Source: Reclinomonas americana ATCC 50394
Lineage: Eukaryota
NCBI GenBank assembly: GCA_048213135.1
Contig: PS015124.1
Location: forward strand, 48,528-87,652
Length of the DNA stretch: 39,125 nucleotides
Reading direction: 5' to 3'
The notes beneath the pieces were generated by a model that was not told where the DNA came from, ran no database searches, and worked only from the letters and a program-made list of their open reading frames with translations. Below are positions 23,530 to 37,000 of this stretch, piece after piece. Positions within the stretch are counted from its first letter, which is position 1. Every line of letters starts with the position of its first letter. Position numbers and translations under genes: made by a program.

Positions 23530-26500
23530 TTAGAAGGCGAACGCCAGCAGCGCGGCAATGGCCATCAGCACCACAGTCCACAGCGACGAGGTCGCGGCGA
23601 AGCCGGCACCACCGGTCGTCGACACACGCAGGTTGGCCGACGGGATCGACTGGCCGTACGAGTTGACAGCGCGCACGTTCACCACGTACGGCGTGCCCGG
23701 CTGCAGGTTGGCCTGGGTGTAGGTGTAGTTGGCGCGCGACGACGACGTCGAGTCGGTGGCGTTCTTGTAGCCAATCACCACGTTGCCACCGTTCTCCGGG
23801 AACGTCTGGATCTGGTAGCTGGTGATCAGACCGAGACCAGTGTACGTCGGGGTCGAGAAGTTGATGGTGATCGAGGTGTTGGTGTTGGTGCCCTGAGTCG
23901 GGGCGGCCGGAGCGGCAGCCTGGCCCGTCTGGGTCAGAGCGCCCTGCGTCGGCGTGCCAATGTTGTTGTTGGCGGTGCCCTGCGAGCCCTGGCCGAGGCC
24001 GACGGTGTTGCCACCGATCAGCACCATGCGGTAGCGCGACGACGGCTTGATCGTCTGGAACAGCTGCACGCAAGTGCCGGCAATGGCCGGGTTGGTGCCG
24101 CTGCCGAGCACAGCAGTGTTCAGGCCCAGGCCGTCAGCGGCGGCCGGGTTGCCAGTCGACGCCAGGAAGCGGGTCGTCCACTGCCAGAACACCAGGTAGT
24201 AGGTGGCGGCCGCAGTCGTGCCCGAGCCCACCGCAGTCCACGACACGCGGTACTCGTTGGCGGCGTAGAAGTCCAGCGACGGGGTGCCAGCAGCCGGCAC
24301 AATGCCAGTCGTGGTCACCGGTGCCGCCTGGATGTAGATCGACAGCGAGTTGTTGCCCGTGCCAATCGAGTTGGTGGCGTTGAGCCAGAAGCGGTAGAAG
24401 TTGCCGTTCACCACCGTCACAGACGCCGTGGTGTCGGTGGCACCCACCGCCACCGCCGGGTTCGACGCAGTCGTGCCCGACACACCAGTCAGAGCCTGGC
24501 CAGAGATGGCAGTCGACGCGCCAGTGGCGGTCGTCCACGAGAACGCAATCGCCGTGCCAGTGTTGCTGGTCACCGCAAAGTTGGTCTGGTCGTTCGGCAC
24601 CTGGCCCGTCAGCACGTTGTTGTTGAGGCCGTTGCCGACAATGCCGTCGCCAAAGGTGGCCTGAGTGGTCGACGTGCCGATGCCGTTGATGCCGCGCACA
24701 TCGATAAAGTAGTTGGTGGCGTCAGTGAGGCCGCGGATCACAGCCTGCTGCACCGAGGTGGTGTTCTGGGTCAGCGTGCTGGCCGTAGCCGCGCGCCACG
24801 ACACCTGCCACTGGTTCACGAAGCCCTGGCCGCCAGTCTCCTGCGGCTGTCCCCAGCTGAGCCAGATCGAGGTCGAGCGCTTAAGCAGAAGGTTCGACGA
24901 CAGCGACGTGATGCCGCTCGGGCGCTGCGGCGACGTGGCCGTGGTGATGGTGATGGCCGACGCAGACCAGGCAGCCTGGTAACCGTTGTACGACGCCACG
25001 CCAATGCGGTACTTGGTGTTCGAGTTGAGGCCATTCACCAGCAGAGTCGAGGTGGTCGAGCCGAGCGAGCCATTGAACTGAGTCACAAACGAGTCCGGCA
25101 CGAAGGTGGTCGAGGTGACGTTGGTCAGGTTCTGCACCAGCACCTGCACGCCGACGTAGTTCGCGAAGCCGTCCGAGGTGGTCAGCGAGTACTGCGTGCC
25201 CGACACAGTCGACGGGGTCGACAGCGTAAAGGTGGCGTAGCCGGAGCCAGTCGTGCCAGCCGAGCCGCCAGTGGTCAGAGCCGGCAGCGGGTACGGGCGC
25301 ACAATCGAGTTGGCAATCTGCGACAGAGTGCCCGACTGAGCACCGCTCTGCGTCGAGGTCACACCAGAGTCCGAGCGGGTGTTGGTGGCCTGCACGGCGT
25401 AGGTGTACGACTTGCCCGGAATGGTCGGGAACGAGTAGTTGGTGGTCAGCGTCGTCCACGTGTACGTGCGGTTGCAGTTGTTGGTGTTCTGCGTCACAAC
25501 GTAGCCGTTGATCGAGGTGCCACCAATGCCAATCGGCGACGCCCACGAGGCGTTGGTGAGAGTGTCCTGGTAGTAGTTGCCAGAGAAGCCCACACCGCCA
25601 GTCGAGCCGCCCTCCGAGTTGGCCACACCGCCAACGAGCGTCGGGGCCGCCGGGGCAATAGGCGCGTCATCTGTGTGTTGGGAAGGGAAGGGGGGAAGGG
25701 TCAGCAACAAGACTCAGAAAAAAACACAAGCACACCAAGAAACTGCACAGCTCTTCTCTTCTCTCTTCCTCTCTCTCTCCCCCTCCCAATCCTCGCACGC
25801 AACTGGTGTTGTGAGTGGTCTGAGTAAGCGGGCCAGCAGCCGTGGCCGAGTTTGTCGAGCCGGCAGTGGCGTACACCTGGTACGTGTACGACGTGTTGGC
25901 CGTCAGCGTCGTGTCGGCGACATAAGCGGCGGTCAGCGCCCAGCCAGTCGGCAGGGTCACCGTGCCCACAGACACCGGGGTGGCGCTGCCCTGGCCGCGG
26001 AAGATCGTGAACACCGTCACCGAGCTGGAGCCAAAGTTCTGCGGAATCGTCCACTGCAGGAAGATGTTGGTGAGGCCGTACTGGGTCACCGTCAGGCTGG
26101 TCGGCGGGTTCGGCACGACGCCAGTGGCAGCCGGAGTGGTGAAGTTGATGGCAGTGCTGAACACGCACGTCACCGGGTTGGCGGCAGTGCCAGCCGGGTT
26201 GAAGGGCGACGTCGGGAAAGCAATCGAGAACTGGTTGCTGGCGCAGATCTGCAGGTTGACCGAGGTGCCAGCCGGCAGGCCAGTCACGTCAATGTAGTAG
26301 GTCGACAGGTTGTTGCTCCACGACGCCGCAGCGCCAGTGCCGTTGGTGGACGGAATGGAGCTGGTGTCAATGTTGGTGGCAGTGCCGGCAGTGGCCGCAG
26401 TCACCGACGAGGCGCTGGTGGTGTAGTACGTCACACGGTAGTTGGAGACACTCGGGTTGGGCGTCGACAGGTTGCTCTGCGAGGCGTTCGAGGTGGCAGT

Positions 26501-29500
26501 GTTGGAGCCACCGACGCTGATCGGAGTCGAGAAGTTGAGGCGCACGCCAGTCGAGAACAGGCGCGAGTACGCCACGTTGGTGGGCGCAGCCGGCACTGCA
26601 CCGTTGTTGTCGGTGGTGGCCTGGATGGAGCCAGCCGACGAGGCGCTGGTGTTGTTGTTCACGGTGAACTTAGCCTTGACCGTGTACTGCGTGGCAGCCA
26701 CAAAGTTGTTGGTGGTGCCGCTCACAGTGAAGCCAGTGATCTGCTGGTAGAAGCCAGAGTTGTACGAGAACAGGCCGTAGAACGAGGTGGCGAGGTTGCC
26801 GTTGCCAGTGGCGCCAGAGGTGATGGCAGGCTGGTCAGTGCTGGCGTTGGTCACCGTGTAGGCGGCCGTCGGCGCAGCGCCAGTGTCGCCCGAGCCAAAG
26901 GTGGCCGGGTAGTTGAAGGCGACGACAAACGAGGTCGAAGTGACCTGGTCCACAGAGCCAGTGTACGGGGCGACCGAGTAGCCAGTCGGGGCCGCCGGGG
27001 CGCTCATGGCACCCTGCAGCGTCACCGTCACGGCCGACGAGAAGGTCAGGTTGGCACCGTTGGCGCCCGGAGTGCCGCTGCCGTTGTTGTAGGCCACAGA
27101 CACAGCGCAGCTGGTGCCCGTCAGGCCAGTGACCTTGACGAGCACGCGGTTGCGCGACAGACCAGAGCTGCCGACCGGGATGCCGAAATCGGTCAGATCG
27201 GCAATGGTGGTGGCCACCGTCACCGCACCGCTGCCGCAGTCCGACTTGACGTACCACGACGGAGCGCCGCCAATCACGCCCACATTGGCCGCCACACCCT
27301 CCCACTCCACCCACGACGACGTCGAGGTGATGTAGCGCAGGTTGGACGACAGCGTCGGCGCCGCAGTCGACACCTTGGTGGCATCGGTGCCGCTGGTGGT
27401 CAGAGTGCCGCTCCAGGCCGTGGCCGAGCGGTTCACCTGCGACTCAGTCCACACGTTGATAGTGTACGACTGGCCAGTAGTGGCGCTGGCAGCGGCGAGC
27501 GCGCTCAGCGTGTAGCCGCGCCACGTGCCAGACGACACGCTGGCAGCGGTCACAGTGGTGGGACCAGCGTCGGTGAGGACGAACGCGCGGTACGAGGTGG
27601 CAGTGACGGCCAGGTTGGACGTCTGCTGCACGGTGAGCGAGGTGTTGATGTCCTGGAACTGGTTGGCAGCAGTGCCGACCGAGGCGTTGGTGGAGAGACC
27701 GCCCTGGCCGACGAGGTCAGTCGGCAGCTGCAGCCAGACGGTGGCCTGGGTGCTGCCAATGTAGTAGATGGCGTTGGTGCCGGCAGTGGCGACCGCACCA
27801 CGGGCTGTATTGAGAAGTACGTGAGCTCACATGAAGTATGGCAAAGAACGAAGAGACTTGGGAGATGCGCAACTAGTGGCAGTCCAGAAGTTGGTGCCAG
27901 TCGGCGAGGCAGCGGCAGAAGCGTTGGTGGTGCCAACGCCGCTGACAAGCGAGTAGGTGACCTGCGGGAAGTATTGGCGACCGGGGAGGAGGCCAGAGAG
28001 GGTGACCTGCCAGCCGTCGAGGTGGGCAGTGGCGGGCTGGTTGCTGTTGGCGGTTGTGGTGAGGCCCGAGGCGACAGCGACACCGCGCACGTTGGCGGTG
28101 CTGGTGGCGGTGAACTGGTAGGCGCTAGCAGCCTGGCTGGCAGCAGCAGTGGCCTGGTTGGCCGTGTAGCCGTTGCCGGTGGCGGTCAGGGTGATGACGA
28201 AGGTCAGCGAGGTGTCGGTGATGTCGATGACGGTGATCGAGTTGGCGGCGGGGAGAGCACCAGCGCCACCAGCGGCGGCACCGGTGGCGACGGCACCAGC
28301 ACCGTTCGAGGCGACGACGGCAGCAGCACAGCAGTACAGCTGCACGGGAGTGCCAGCGTTGACGAGAGTCCAGTTCACGCCGACCGTGGCGGTGGCCGAC
28401 GGAGTGGTGCGGACGGCAGCGACAAACTTGGCGGCCGACAACACGGTGGTGGAGGTGTTGCCGTCGAGGTACTGGAAGTCAGTGACAGCCGCACCGTTGC
28501 TACCGGCGTTGGTGCCGGCAAAGAAACCGACAGCGTTGACACCGCCGACAGTCGCGCCGGAGCCAGCAGTGGCCACGACACCGCGCTGAGTCGGTGAGCC
28601 GATGTTGAGCACCACAAAGTTGGTGCCGATCGTGACGAATCCGTTGACGTCGGTCACGGCAGTGCCAGAGCGGTTGTACCAGACGGCATTGGTGGGAGCG
28701 GTCACGGCCTGCGAGGTGACGACCGCAATGTTGGCGGTGACAGTGCCACCAGTGGTGTTGGCCGCCTGCAGCTGCGCGTTACCGCCAGCGTTGGGGAACG
28801 TGAAGGTCACGGAGCCGGTGAGGTCGCTCGGGCCCATCGACACGGTGCCGGTGGCGCCAGTGACGTTGTTGGCCACAAACGTGTACGGAGTCGCACCAAA
28901 GTTGCCGTTACCAATGACAGTGGCGGCAGTCGTGTTGGCCAGGCAGTTCGTGGCCGTGCTGCCAGTCACCGACCAGCAAGCCACCAGAACCGGGGCAGTG
29001 CCGAGAGTCGGGTTGGCGGCGGCGTTGAGGGTGATTTCCTGCTGCGCGGCAACGTCGAGCGCGGCAGTGCCGTCGCCAGTGGCGTTCTGCGCCGTGACGC
29101 GGACGCGGTACTTGGTGATGTTGGTCGTCGCCAGCTTGGAGATCAGAATGTGGCCACCAGACACACGGCCAAAGGTCGTGTCGGTCACCGGCGAGCCAGT
29201 GAACGAGGCGCCAAAGGCGTTGTACATCACAGTGCCGCCGTTGGCCGAGGCCGCAGCCTCGACCTTCCAGCCGGTGATGGCACCACCAGTCAGCTGAGGA
29301 GTGGTCCACGACAGCAGACCGCCATCAGAGGCGGCAGCCACGGTGGTCGGGATCAGGACCTTGCCCGGAGACTGCTTGCCGTCCTGGGTGGTCACCGTGG
29401 CGGTCTGCGAGAAGAGGAGAGGCAGGTGGGGTGAGCAACTTCCTTCCAACTTTAAAAAATGATTAGAAAGACGCAACAGTGCTCCACGGGCCAAAGCCCC

Positions 29501-30729
29501 ACTGGCCGACAGCGCGAGCGCGCACCACGTAGCCAGTGTTCGGCTGCAGAATGCCGGACGAGGCGGTGGCACCAGTGCCAGACACCACGCACGACTGCTG
29601 CGAGAAGGGAGAGGCATTGAACGGCAGAATCGCCGCGTTGGCGTTGTTGCCGTTGGTGGTCTCAGTGTAGAAGGTCACCGGGGTCCAGGCGTTGATGGAG
29701 GTGCCGGTCGAGCTGCGGATCTGTACCTGGAAGAAGGGAGTCTGCAGCTGGTTGAAGTTCGAGTTGCCGGTGCCGGTGGCGCCAGTCTGGCCGAGCTTGA
29801 TCGGCGGGTAGAACGACAGCACAAACGAGGTGGCAGCCGTGTAGTTGATGGCCAGGCTCGTCGGCTGGCGCGGGGTACCGCCGAGCGGCACCGTCACGAC
29901 CTGCGACGAGGTGCGGACGCCCTCACCGTACAGGTTGACCGAGTAGGCCTGTTGGTGGGAGAAGAGAGGACATGAGTGGGGGAGAGGTGGTAAGATGGGA
30001 GGGGAGGAATGAAGGAGACGCAACAGCGATGGTGTACTGCACGCCCTCCTGGATGTTCTGGTCAAAGTAACGCAGAATCAGGCCGTAGCAGCCGTTGCCG
30101 CCGGTCGAGGGGCCACCATTGGGGACAATGGCGTTGACCGACGAGCACTGTTGGTGGAGGTGAGCAGAGGAGAGGAGAGAGGGGAGGGAGCAGGCAAGGA
30201 GACGCAACAGTGTACTTGGTGGTGCCACCAGTGCTGGTCACGTCGACACCGAACTCGGTGGGCGGCGCGTTGCCCTGGTTGATGGGGGTCGTCCAGTTGA
30301 CCCAGATGGCCGACTGCGAGCCAGTCGGGGAGGAAGTGTCGAGATCTGCCAAAAAGGAGAGAACAAGAGTGAGTGAGGAGGAATGCACACACGCACGAGA
30401 GAGAGAGAGGGAGAGAGAGGGTGAATTGCACGCACCATCCTCTCCCACAGCCTTGATAATCTGGAATTGCTCCGGCGCGTTAGAGCTGCCAGGGGCAAAA
30501 GTGGTGGTCTGGGCGTCTGTGGAGGACGGGAACGTCAGTTGGACACGTTTACAACAGAAAACAAACACGCACACTCGTACAGTCGGATGCAAAAGATGCA
30601 TCCCACAAAGTGGCGATCGAGTCGCCACGGAATCACCGTCTCGCCATCACATGTGCGACATGCAAACTCACCAGCCAAGAGGACTGCGCCGAGGAGCACG
30701 AGGCACACGATGGAGAGGAGCCAACGCAT
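23530..30729 (-). CDS. Large (~2,200 aa, 8 exons) Thr/Ala/Ser/Gly/Asn-rich fibronectin type III repeat surface glycoprotein, probably GPI-anchored
   Basis: Signal peptide MRWLLSIVCLVLLGAVLLA. FN3 signatures include LQPNTGYVVRARAVGQWG, LLPGRQY, LTANTSYTYQVYA, LNSNTKYRIGVASYNG, LTDATNYFIDVRGINGIG and LQPGTPYVVNVRAVNSYG. It has many N-x-S/T sequons and ends in a hydrophobic tail with no cytosolic part (LWTVVLMAIAALLAFAF*). All seven introns restore frame. Confidence 0.88.
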
Positions 30730-31188
30730 GTTCTGCAAGCGGGAGTTGAGTGAGTTCGCGGCACGTCAGTTGCGGAGAGCAGTTGGACGAGGAGGAAGAA
30801 GAACAGAGTGGTGCACGCCGCTCTCACGCTTGCAAACGCAGGAGAGCAGCGACAGAGAGGAGAGGTCAAGAGTACGTGTGCGTGTATGTGTGTGAGAGAT
30901 TGAGGGAGGCAGCATGAGAGAAGAGCTGAAAGAGCACGTGTACCACGAACATGTACACAATAAGACGAACAAACAAGCAATATACACGCAACCAAGAAGA
31001 AAGAAAGAGACAATGTATGGGAGAAAAGGGCAGGTTGCCAACTCACCGCCGACAGTGCAAGAAAAAAGTAAACTGAGTGTACACCTTGTCGCGACGACTC
31101 ATGTTGTCCCCGACTGCTTCCATATCCGCACCGTTCGTGTCAATTATTTGCCATTATTGTCGCCCAACTGCCACGCTGCAGTGGCGCC

Positions 31189-32377
31189 ATGGCGTCACGG
31201 GCTCCATGTCGGTCACCAGTGGCTTGCTCGCCTGAGTCGTGCGCACTGCTGCGCGTAGTGAGTGCGAGTCGAGGGACGCACAGAGAGTACAAAAGTGAGG
31301 GGATGGTCCACGCGGTCGCATGCGACACGGATTTGGAGGGAGTTGCAACTGCTGCTGTCAAACTCACGCACGGCGCTCGAGGAGAGAAAGGGATGGAGGA
31401 GTGGGAGGCAGGTGGGAGAAGGAGGGGGGAGTGGAGGAAGGAGAGGTGGCATGGGAAAGGGTGATCAGTTGGGGTTTTGGCGCGGCATTGAGTCAACTAC
31501 TCACTACACAGTGATGTATTGAGATGCACGGGAGGGGGAGGAAAGAGGATGGGAGGAGGAAGAGGAGAGGGAGGGCGAGGAAGGAGAATGACAGGAGGAG
31601 GAGGGAAAGAGAGAGATGCAGAGGGAAGCGCAGTGGATGAAGAAAGGAGCATGAGACAGGCGAAAAGAAGAAGGAGATGGCGGTGAAGAAGGAAAGGAAC
31701 AAGTCGGGTGAGGATGAGGAGGAGGAGACAGTAAAGAAGAATGAGCAACTGCAGACTCAAACACTTCTGATCCACACACGAGCCAGCCCGAGTGCCCAAC
31801 ACAGACAACAGACGACAATGCAGGTTGACTGTCTCTCTGCATGAGTGAGTGAGAGAGACTGTGTGTCATTGAGTGAGAGAGAGAGTGCGAGCTCACTGCC
31901 TCTTTCACTGTCTGTCTCTCTTGCTCTCTCTCTCTCTCTCTGTGCGAGTGTGCGTGTGCGTGTGTATGTCACTGGTGAAGCATGCAGAGGACCTCTCGCA
32001 GTGATATGCAGACTGTCTATCTCTCTCTCTCGCTCTCTGTGTGTGTGCTTGTGAGTGAGTGAGTGGGTGAGTGTGTCTGTGAGTGTGTGAGTGAGTGTGA
32101 GTGAGTGAGTGAGTGAGTGAGTGAGTGAGTGAGTGAGTAAGTGAGAGTGTGAGTGAGTGAGGGAAGGGAGAGAGTGAGTGAGTGAGTGTGTGTGTGTGTG
32201 TGTGGGAGGGAAAGAGTGAGTGAGTGAGTGAGTGAGTGAGTGAGTGTGTGTGTGTGTGTGCCTGTGAGAGAGAGAGAGTGAGTGAGTGAGTGAGAGAGAG
32301 AGAAAGAGTGAGTGTGTGTGCACTTCTCTTTCTGATTGTGATTGTGTGTGCATGCAGTCACATTAATCAGTGCATGC

Positions 32378-32431
<54 letters not shown>

Positions 32432-33956
32432 CTCCTNNNNNNNNNNNNNNNNNNNNNNNNNNNNNNNNNNNNNNNNNNNNNNNNNNNNNNNNNNNNNNNN
32501 NNNNNNNNNNNNNNNNNNNNNNNNNNNNNNNNNNNNNNNNNNNNNNNNNNNNNNNNNNNNNNNNNNNNNNNNNNNNNNNNNNNNNNNNNNNNNNNNNNNN
32601 NNNNNNNNNNNNNNNNNNNNNNNNNNNNNNNNNNNNNNNNNNNNNNNNNNNNNNNNNNNNNNNNNNNNNNNNNNNNNNNNNNNNNNNNNNNNNNNNNNNN
32701 NNNNNNNNNNNNNNNNNNNNNNNNNNNNNNNNNNNNNNNNNNNNNNNNNNNNNNNNNNNNNNNNNNNNNNNNNNNNNNNNNNNNNNNNNNNNNNNNNNNN
32801 NNNNNNNNNNNNNNNNNNNNNNNNNNNNNNNNNNNNNNNNNNNNNNNNNNNNNNNNNNNNNNNNNNNNNNNNNNNNNNNNNNNNNNNNNNNNNNNNNNNN
32901 NNNNNNNNNNNNNNNNNNNNNNNNNNNNNNNNNNNNNNNNNNNNNNNNNNNNNNNNNNNNNNNNNNNNNNNNNNNNNNNNNNNNNNNNNNNNNNNNNNNN
33001 NNNNNNNNNNNNNNNNNNNNNNNNNNNNNNNNNNNNNNNNNNNNNNNNNNNNNNNNNNNNNNNNNNNNNNNNNNNNNNNNNNNNNNNNNNNNNNNNNNNN
33101 NNNNNNNNNNNNNNNNNNNNNNNNNNNNNNNNNNNNNNNNNNNNNNNNNNNNNNNNNNNNNNNNNNNNNNNNNNNNNNNNNNNNNNNNNNNNNNNNNNNN
33201 NNNNNNNNNNNNNNNNNNNNNNNNNNNNNNNNNNNNAAGGGGTCAAAGGAGAGGATGAGTGACTGAGGAAGAGTGTTGCATTATGATGCTATGATTCTGT
33301 CACTCTTGCATCTTCCGACCCACTCTTCTTCAGTGTCGCCTGCTCTCCTTTGCTCCTTCCTCACCCCCCCCCCCTCTCGCTCTCTCTTTCTCATCGCATA
33401 TTCCGGCTGAGGATCGCAAGTTGCAGTGAGATACTGAGAGAGAGAATGAGAGAGCGAGAGAGAGAGACAAGTCAACGAGGAAGCATAGAGTGACTGAGTC
33501 TGACTGCTTGTTGTCTTGCATGCAACAAGCTGCAGTGAGATGCTGAGAGAATGAGAGACAGACACAGACAAACGTGCAGCGAGAGAGACAAGTCAACGAG
33601 GAAGCATAGAGTGACTGAGTCTGACTTTGTGTTATCTTGCATGCTGAGGATCACAAGCTGCAGCGAGGTGTTGAGAGAGAGGCAGATAGACTGAGAGAGG
33701 GCAAGAGAAAGAGTGACTGCGACTGAGTGTGGTGGTATCGGAATGGAGAGACACACACACCAGCACACGCAGACTGACAACAATTGATCTTTCTCGCTCT
33801 TCTTTGACTTGTCTCCTCTCTCTCTCTTGTCTCTCGTCGCAGTTTGAGGATCGGAAGAGGCAACGAGAGGCACAACAAAAGCCAATGTTTGGCTTCTTGC
33901 AACGCAAGGAATCTCCGGCGCCGACAGCTCCTCCGGAGAGTGATCGCAGCAAGTGA
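31189..33956 (+). CDS. Possible small multi-exon gene of unknown function spanning the 32437-33236 gap
   Basis: A plausible terminal exon at 33843-33956 follows a pyrimidine tract and CGCAG (FEDRKRQREAQQKPMFGFLQRK...SK*). A candidate first exon reads MASRAP...LLRV|GTGAGT, and a candidate internal exon lies near 31755-31822. Linkage between them is unproven. Confidence 0.3.
32040..32430. repeat. Compound microsatellite (GAGT)n/(GT)n/(CT)n bordering an assembly gap
   Basis: Directly visible. Similar (AG)n/(AC)n/(CCCTTC)n tracts occur at ~6996-7115, 9190-9260, 17136-17242 and 19500-19610. Confidence 0.95.
33405..33675. repeat. Short imperfect tandem duplication, 120-bp spacing
   Basis: GAGAGAGACAAGTCAACGAGGAAGCATAGAGTGACTGAGTCTGACT occurs at ~33461 and ~33581; CAAG.TGCAG.GAG occurs three times. 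Confidence 0.75.
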
Positions 33957-34031
33957 GGAGTTTTGCGTTTTTTTTTTTTAATCTCTCAGTGATAAAAAAA
34001 GGGATGGCGAGTCGTTAAGTGCGGCGGTGGA

Positions 34032-37000
34032 TTAGAGCACGACTCCGGCGGCGTCGAGATGCACAGGTGGTTCTGGGATCACTTCGCTGTCCGGCACCGG
34101 TTTGATCTGCAACCGGGAGGTGTCAGAAGCAGCAATGGTGCAAGGAAAGGAAGACGTCGAAGAGTCACTCGCTCTCTGTGCACACATGCGCACAGTGCAG
34201 GGGAATAGCCTCGCTGAACACACACACATACACGCAAACACGCCATGCGTGCAATGGAGAACAACAGCTTCGCTGAATTCGCATTTGTGGGAGTGTAGCT
34301 CTCCCTCGCTTTCTTGCTCTCTCTCTCTCTCTTCACGCACACACACAGTGGAGAACAACAGCCTCGCAGAAGTTGCATGAACACGCTCTCCGTGTGAGTC
34401 TGTCTGGCTTCATGCACGCAGTGAAGGACAACAGCTTCGCTGAATTTGCCAGCGGGGGAATGTAACCTCCCCGCACTCTGCATGCACTCACACACTCACT
34501 CCCTCTCTCACTCCCTCTCTCACATACCCACTCACTCCCTCACTCNNNNNNNNNNNNNNNNNNNNNNNNNNNNNNNNNNNNNNNNNNNNNNNNNNNNNNN
34601 NNNNNNNNNNNNNNNNNNNNNNNNNNNNNNNNNNNNNNNNNNNNNNNNNNNNNNNNNGCTCCCTCATTCTCTCTCTCTCTCTCTCTCTTTTCACTCGCAC
34701 GTGCGCGCCAAACTACAAACTCCGTTTCTCTTCCCCCAACTCACCATGCAAACATACACCCACACCGCCAGCACCTGGTTACGATACGCCTCCTGCGGTT
34801 GACAAGAGAGTGAGAAAACGCACGCATTCTTCGCACACTCCATAATGCGTACCAAGTGCACAGCAAAGCAAAACTGGACGTCCTTCGTTTTGTCTTCGTG
34901 AATGGGGTAGTTCTTCATGACCCACTGGAGAGGCAGAGAGGAGTGTCAGAATGAAATCCACAACAGACCTTCCCTCTCATCAGCGCACCTTGCGAATGCG
35001 AATCTCATCATAGTATGCAAAGCAGAATGCACGGCCCTCAAAATCGTGCCCCTTTGGCACCGCCTCTTGCAGCACACCCTTCCACGCATCGAGATCTGGT
35101 ACACGCACACGGGTGAGAAGGAGGAGGCGATGACAGCGAAGCCCTCTGCAGGAAAAAAACACACACACACCCCAATCCAAAATCTTGGTTCGAATGGAGC
35201 GCATCTCCTGCAACAAGTGCTTCCACTCCGCCGCCTGCTCCTTGGTGAGATTCTCACGCGGCAGCGCGGCGAGCTTTGCCTGGCACTCCTCCAGTTGCCT
35301 CTTTGGTTTCAGGCGGTCCTCCGGAGCCATGACGCGCAATCTGTGGCACGCACGACGAGAAATAATGAGGGCGGAGAATGTGAAAGATCGGTCTGCGATG
35401 AAAAACGAACTTTTCCATAATGCGCAGGCCCTGTCGCAAGGTCTTGTTCAACTCCAAGAACAGCTTCGTCTCCAGATGGTACTTGTTGCGCCACACGAAA
35501 TACGACACTGGGGAGGGAGAGAGAGACGTGAGAAGTCTTGTCAACAAGAAAGAAGATTGTTTTGCCAACGCACATTGCAACTCCTTCTGGATGCAGTCCG
35601 TGTAGGAGCGAACGCGATATACAGGGAACCGTGGCCGCAACGGAGTCTCGCGGTAGAAGGCCACAATGTGTCGTCGCAAGTGCGTCTGCAAATGGGCAGT
35701 CAGCAAGCTGGCAACGAGCATAATAATATTCATGCACGCGCTCAAACTTGATCTTTCCCCTCCTTTGCTCTCTCACTGCTCTATCGCTCTCACTTGCGTG
35801 TTCATTCACTACCATTCTTCACACACACCCCCTATTCGCCTCTCCTCCACTTCGCTCCATTCCGCGCGCTCGCCTTCTCACCTCTGTCCCCTTTTCATCA
35901 TTCCCTAACTCTCTCTCGTCTCTCAGCCACGCTCTCAGCTTCCATTTCTTTCTTCACGAATGTTCTTCCGTTTTCCCCCCTTTGCTTTCGTTGTACTCCT
36001 CGCGCCTACTTTCTAACCTCCTCGCCTCAATTCTCTCAGCCGCACGCTCAGCACCTCCTTCACACCCCTTCCCCTCCCTCCTCCTCCACTTCCGCTTCTC
36101 CCTACCTCCTTCCCCACCTTTCCCTCATCCCTTTCCCTCCCCCTCCCCCCTCCCTTTCCTCCCTTTCCCGCACGCAACAAATCGCGGATCATCGGGGATG
36201 AACGGCACCCACCGCGCCTCATCCTCCAAATCAAACTTGATGTGGTTCGGTCGCTCTTCCTGCGCATTCGCCCACAGATTCGTGTGGTTGAACACGACAT
36301 AGATCTTGGCGTACGGCACCGGTACGTGCACCAGAGGCTCCTCCAAACCACCCGAGTGCGCTTGCAGTGTCTGCTCACAGCGGCGCGTGAGAAGAGTTCA
36401 CACGAGGCGAGAAGCATGAGAGAGAGAGAGGGACTCACGTAGCGCCCATCAGAGCCGCGAGCAGTCACTGGCTTCACCACCGGTGCCGCACGGCCGACCA
36501 TAATGTCGTCCTCGTTCAACTCGTCCGACAGCACCTCACGCATCTCCAAGTACATGTCACCGGGGAAGATGATCATGTCCTCGTCACGCGCCTGAAACAC
36601 ACGCCATATTAGACAGGGGCAGTGAGTGGATGGGGGAAAGGAAAAAAAACGCAACATATGCGACATCGGCTTCGGCAGCCGCTGGAGATATCAACATGAG
36701 AGTCAGTAAAGCACATTCGCTACCACACACATTCACATTGAGAGAGACACACCTTGCGTTTCCTCTTCAGTGGGCTTCTGTACACCGACCCATCTCTCCG
36801 GAAGCTGCATTCAACAAAAGTGAGTCTTCTTCACCTTCCTGCGCAGACGCGCGCCAGACTCACCAAATAGTGCTTGCCGCTCGAGGTCTCCCAGAAAATG
36901 ACAGAACCGTCATCCTCGCGCGTCATCACCCACGTGTGCTCCACTCCAGTCGATGTCTCGCCAATACACAAATACGCCTCCACTCCGCGGTATCGCTCCA

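Noticed and set aside
25577-28597. 1006-aa plus-strand ORF
   Set aside because: Antisense shadow of the codon-biased FN3 gene. It is Arg/Gly-rich with no motifs and crosses that gene's introns.
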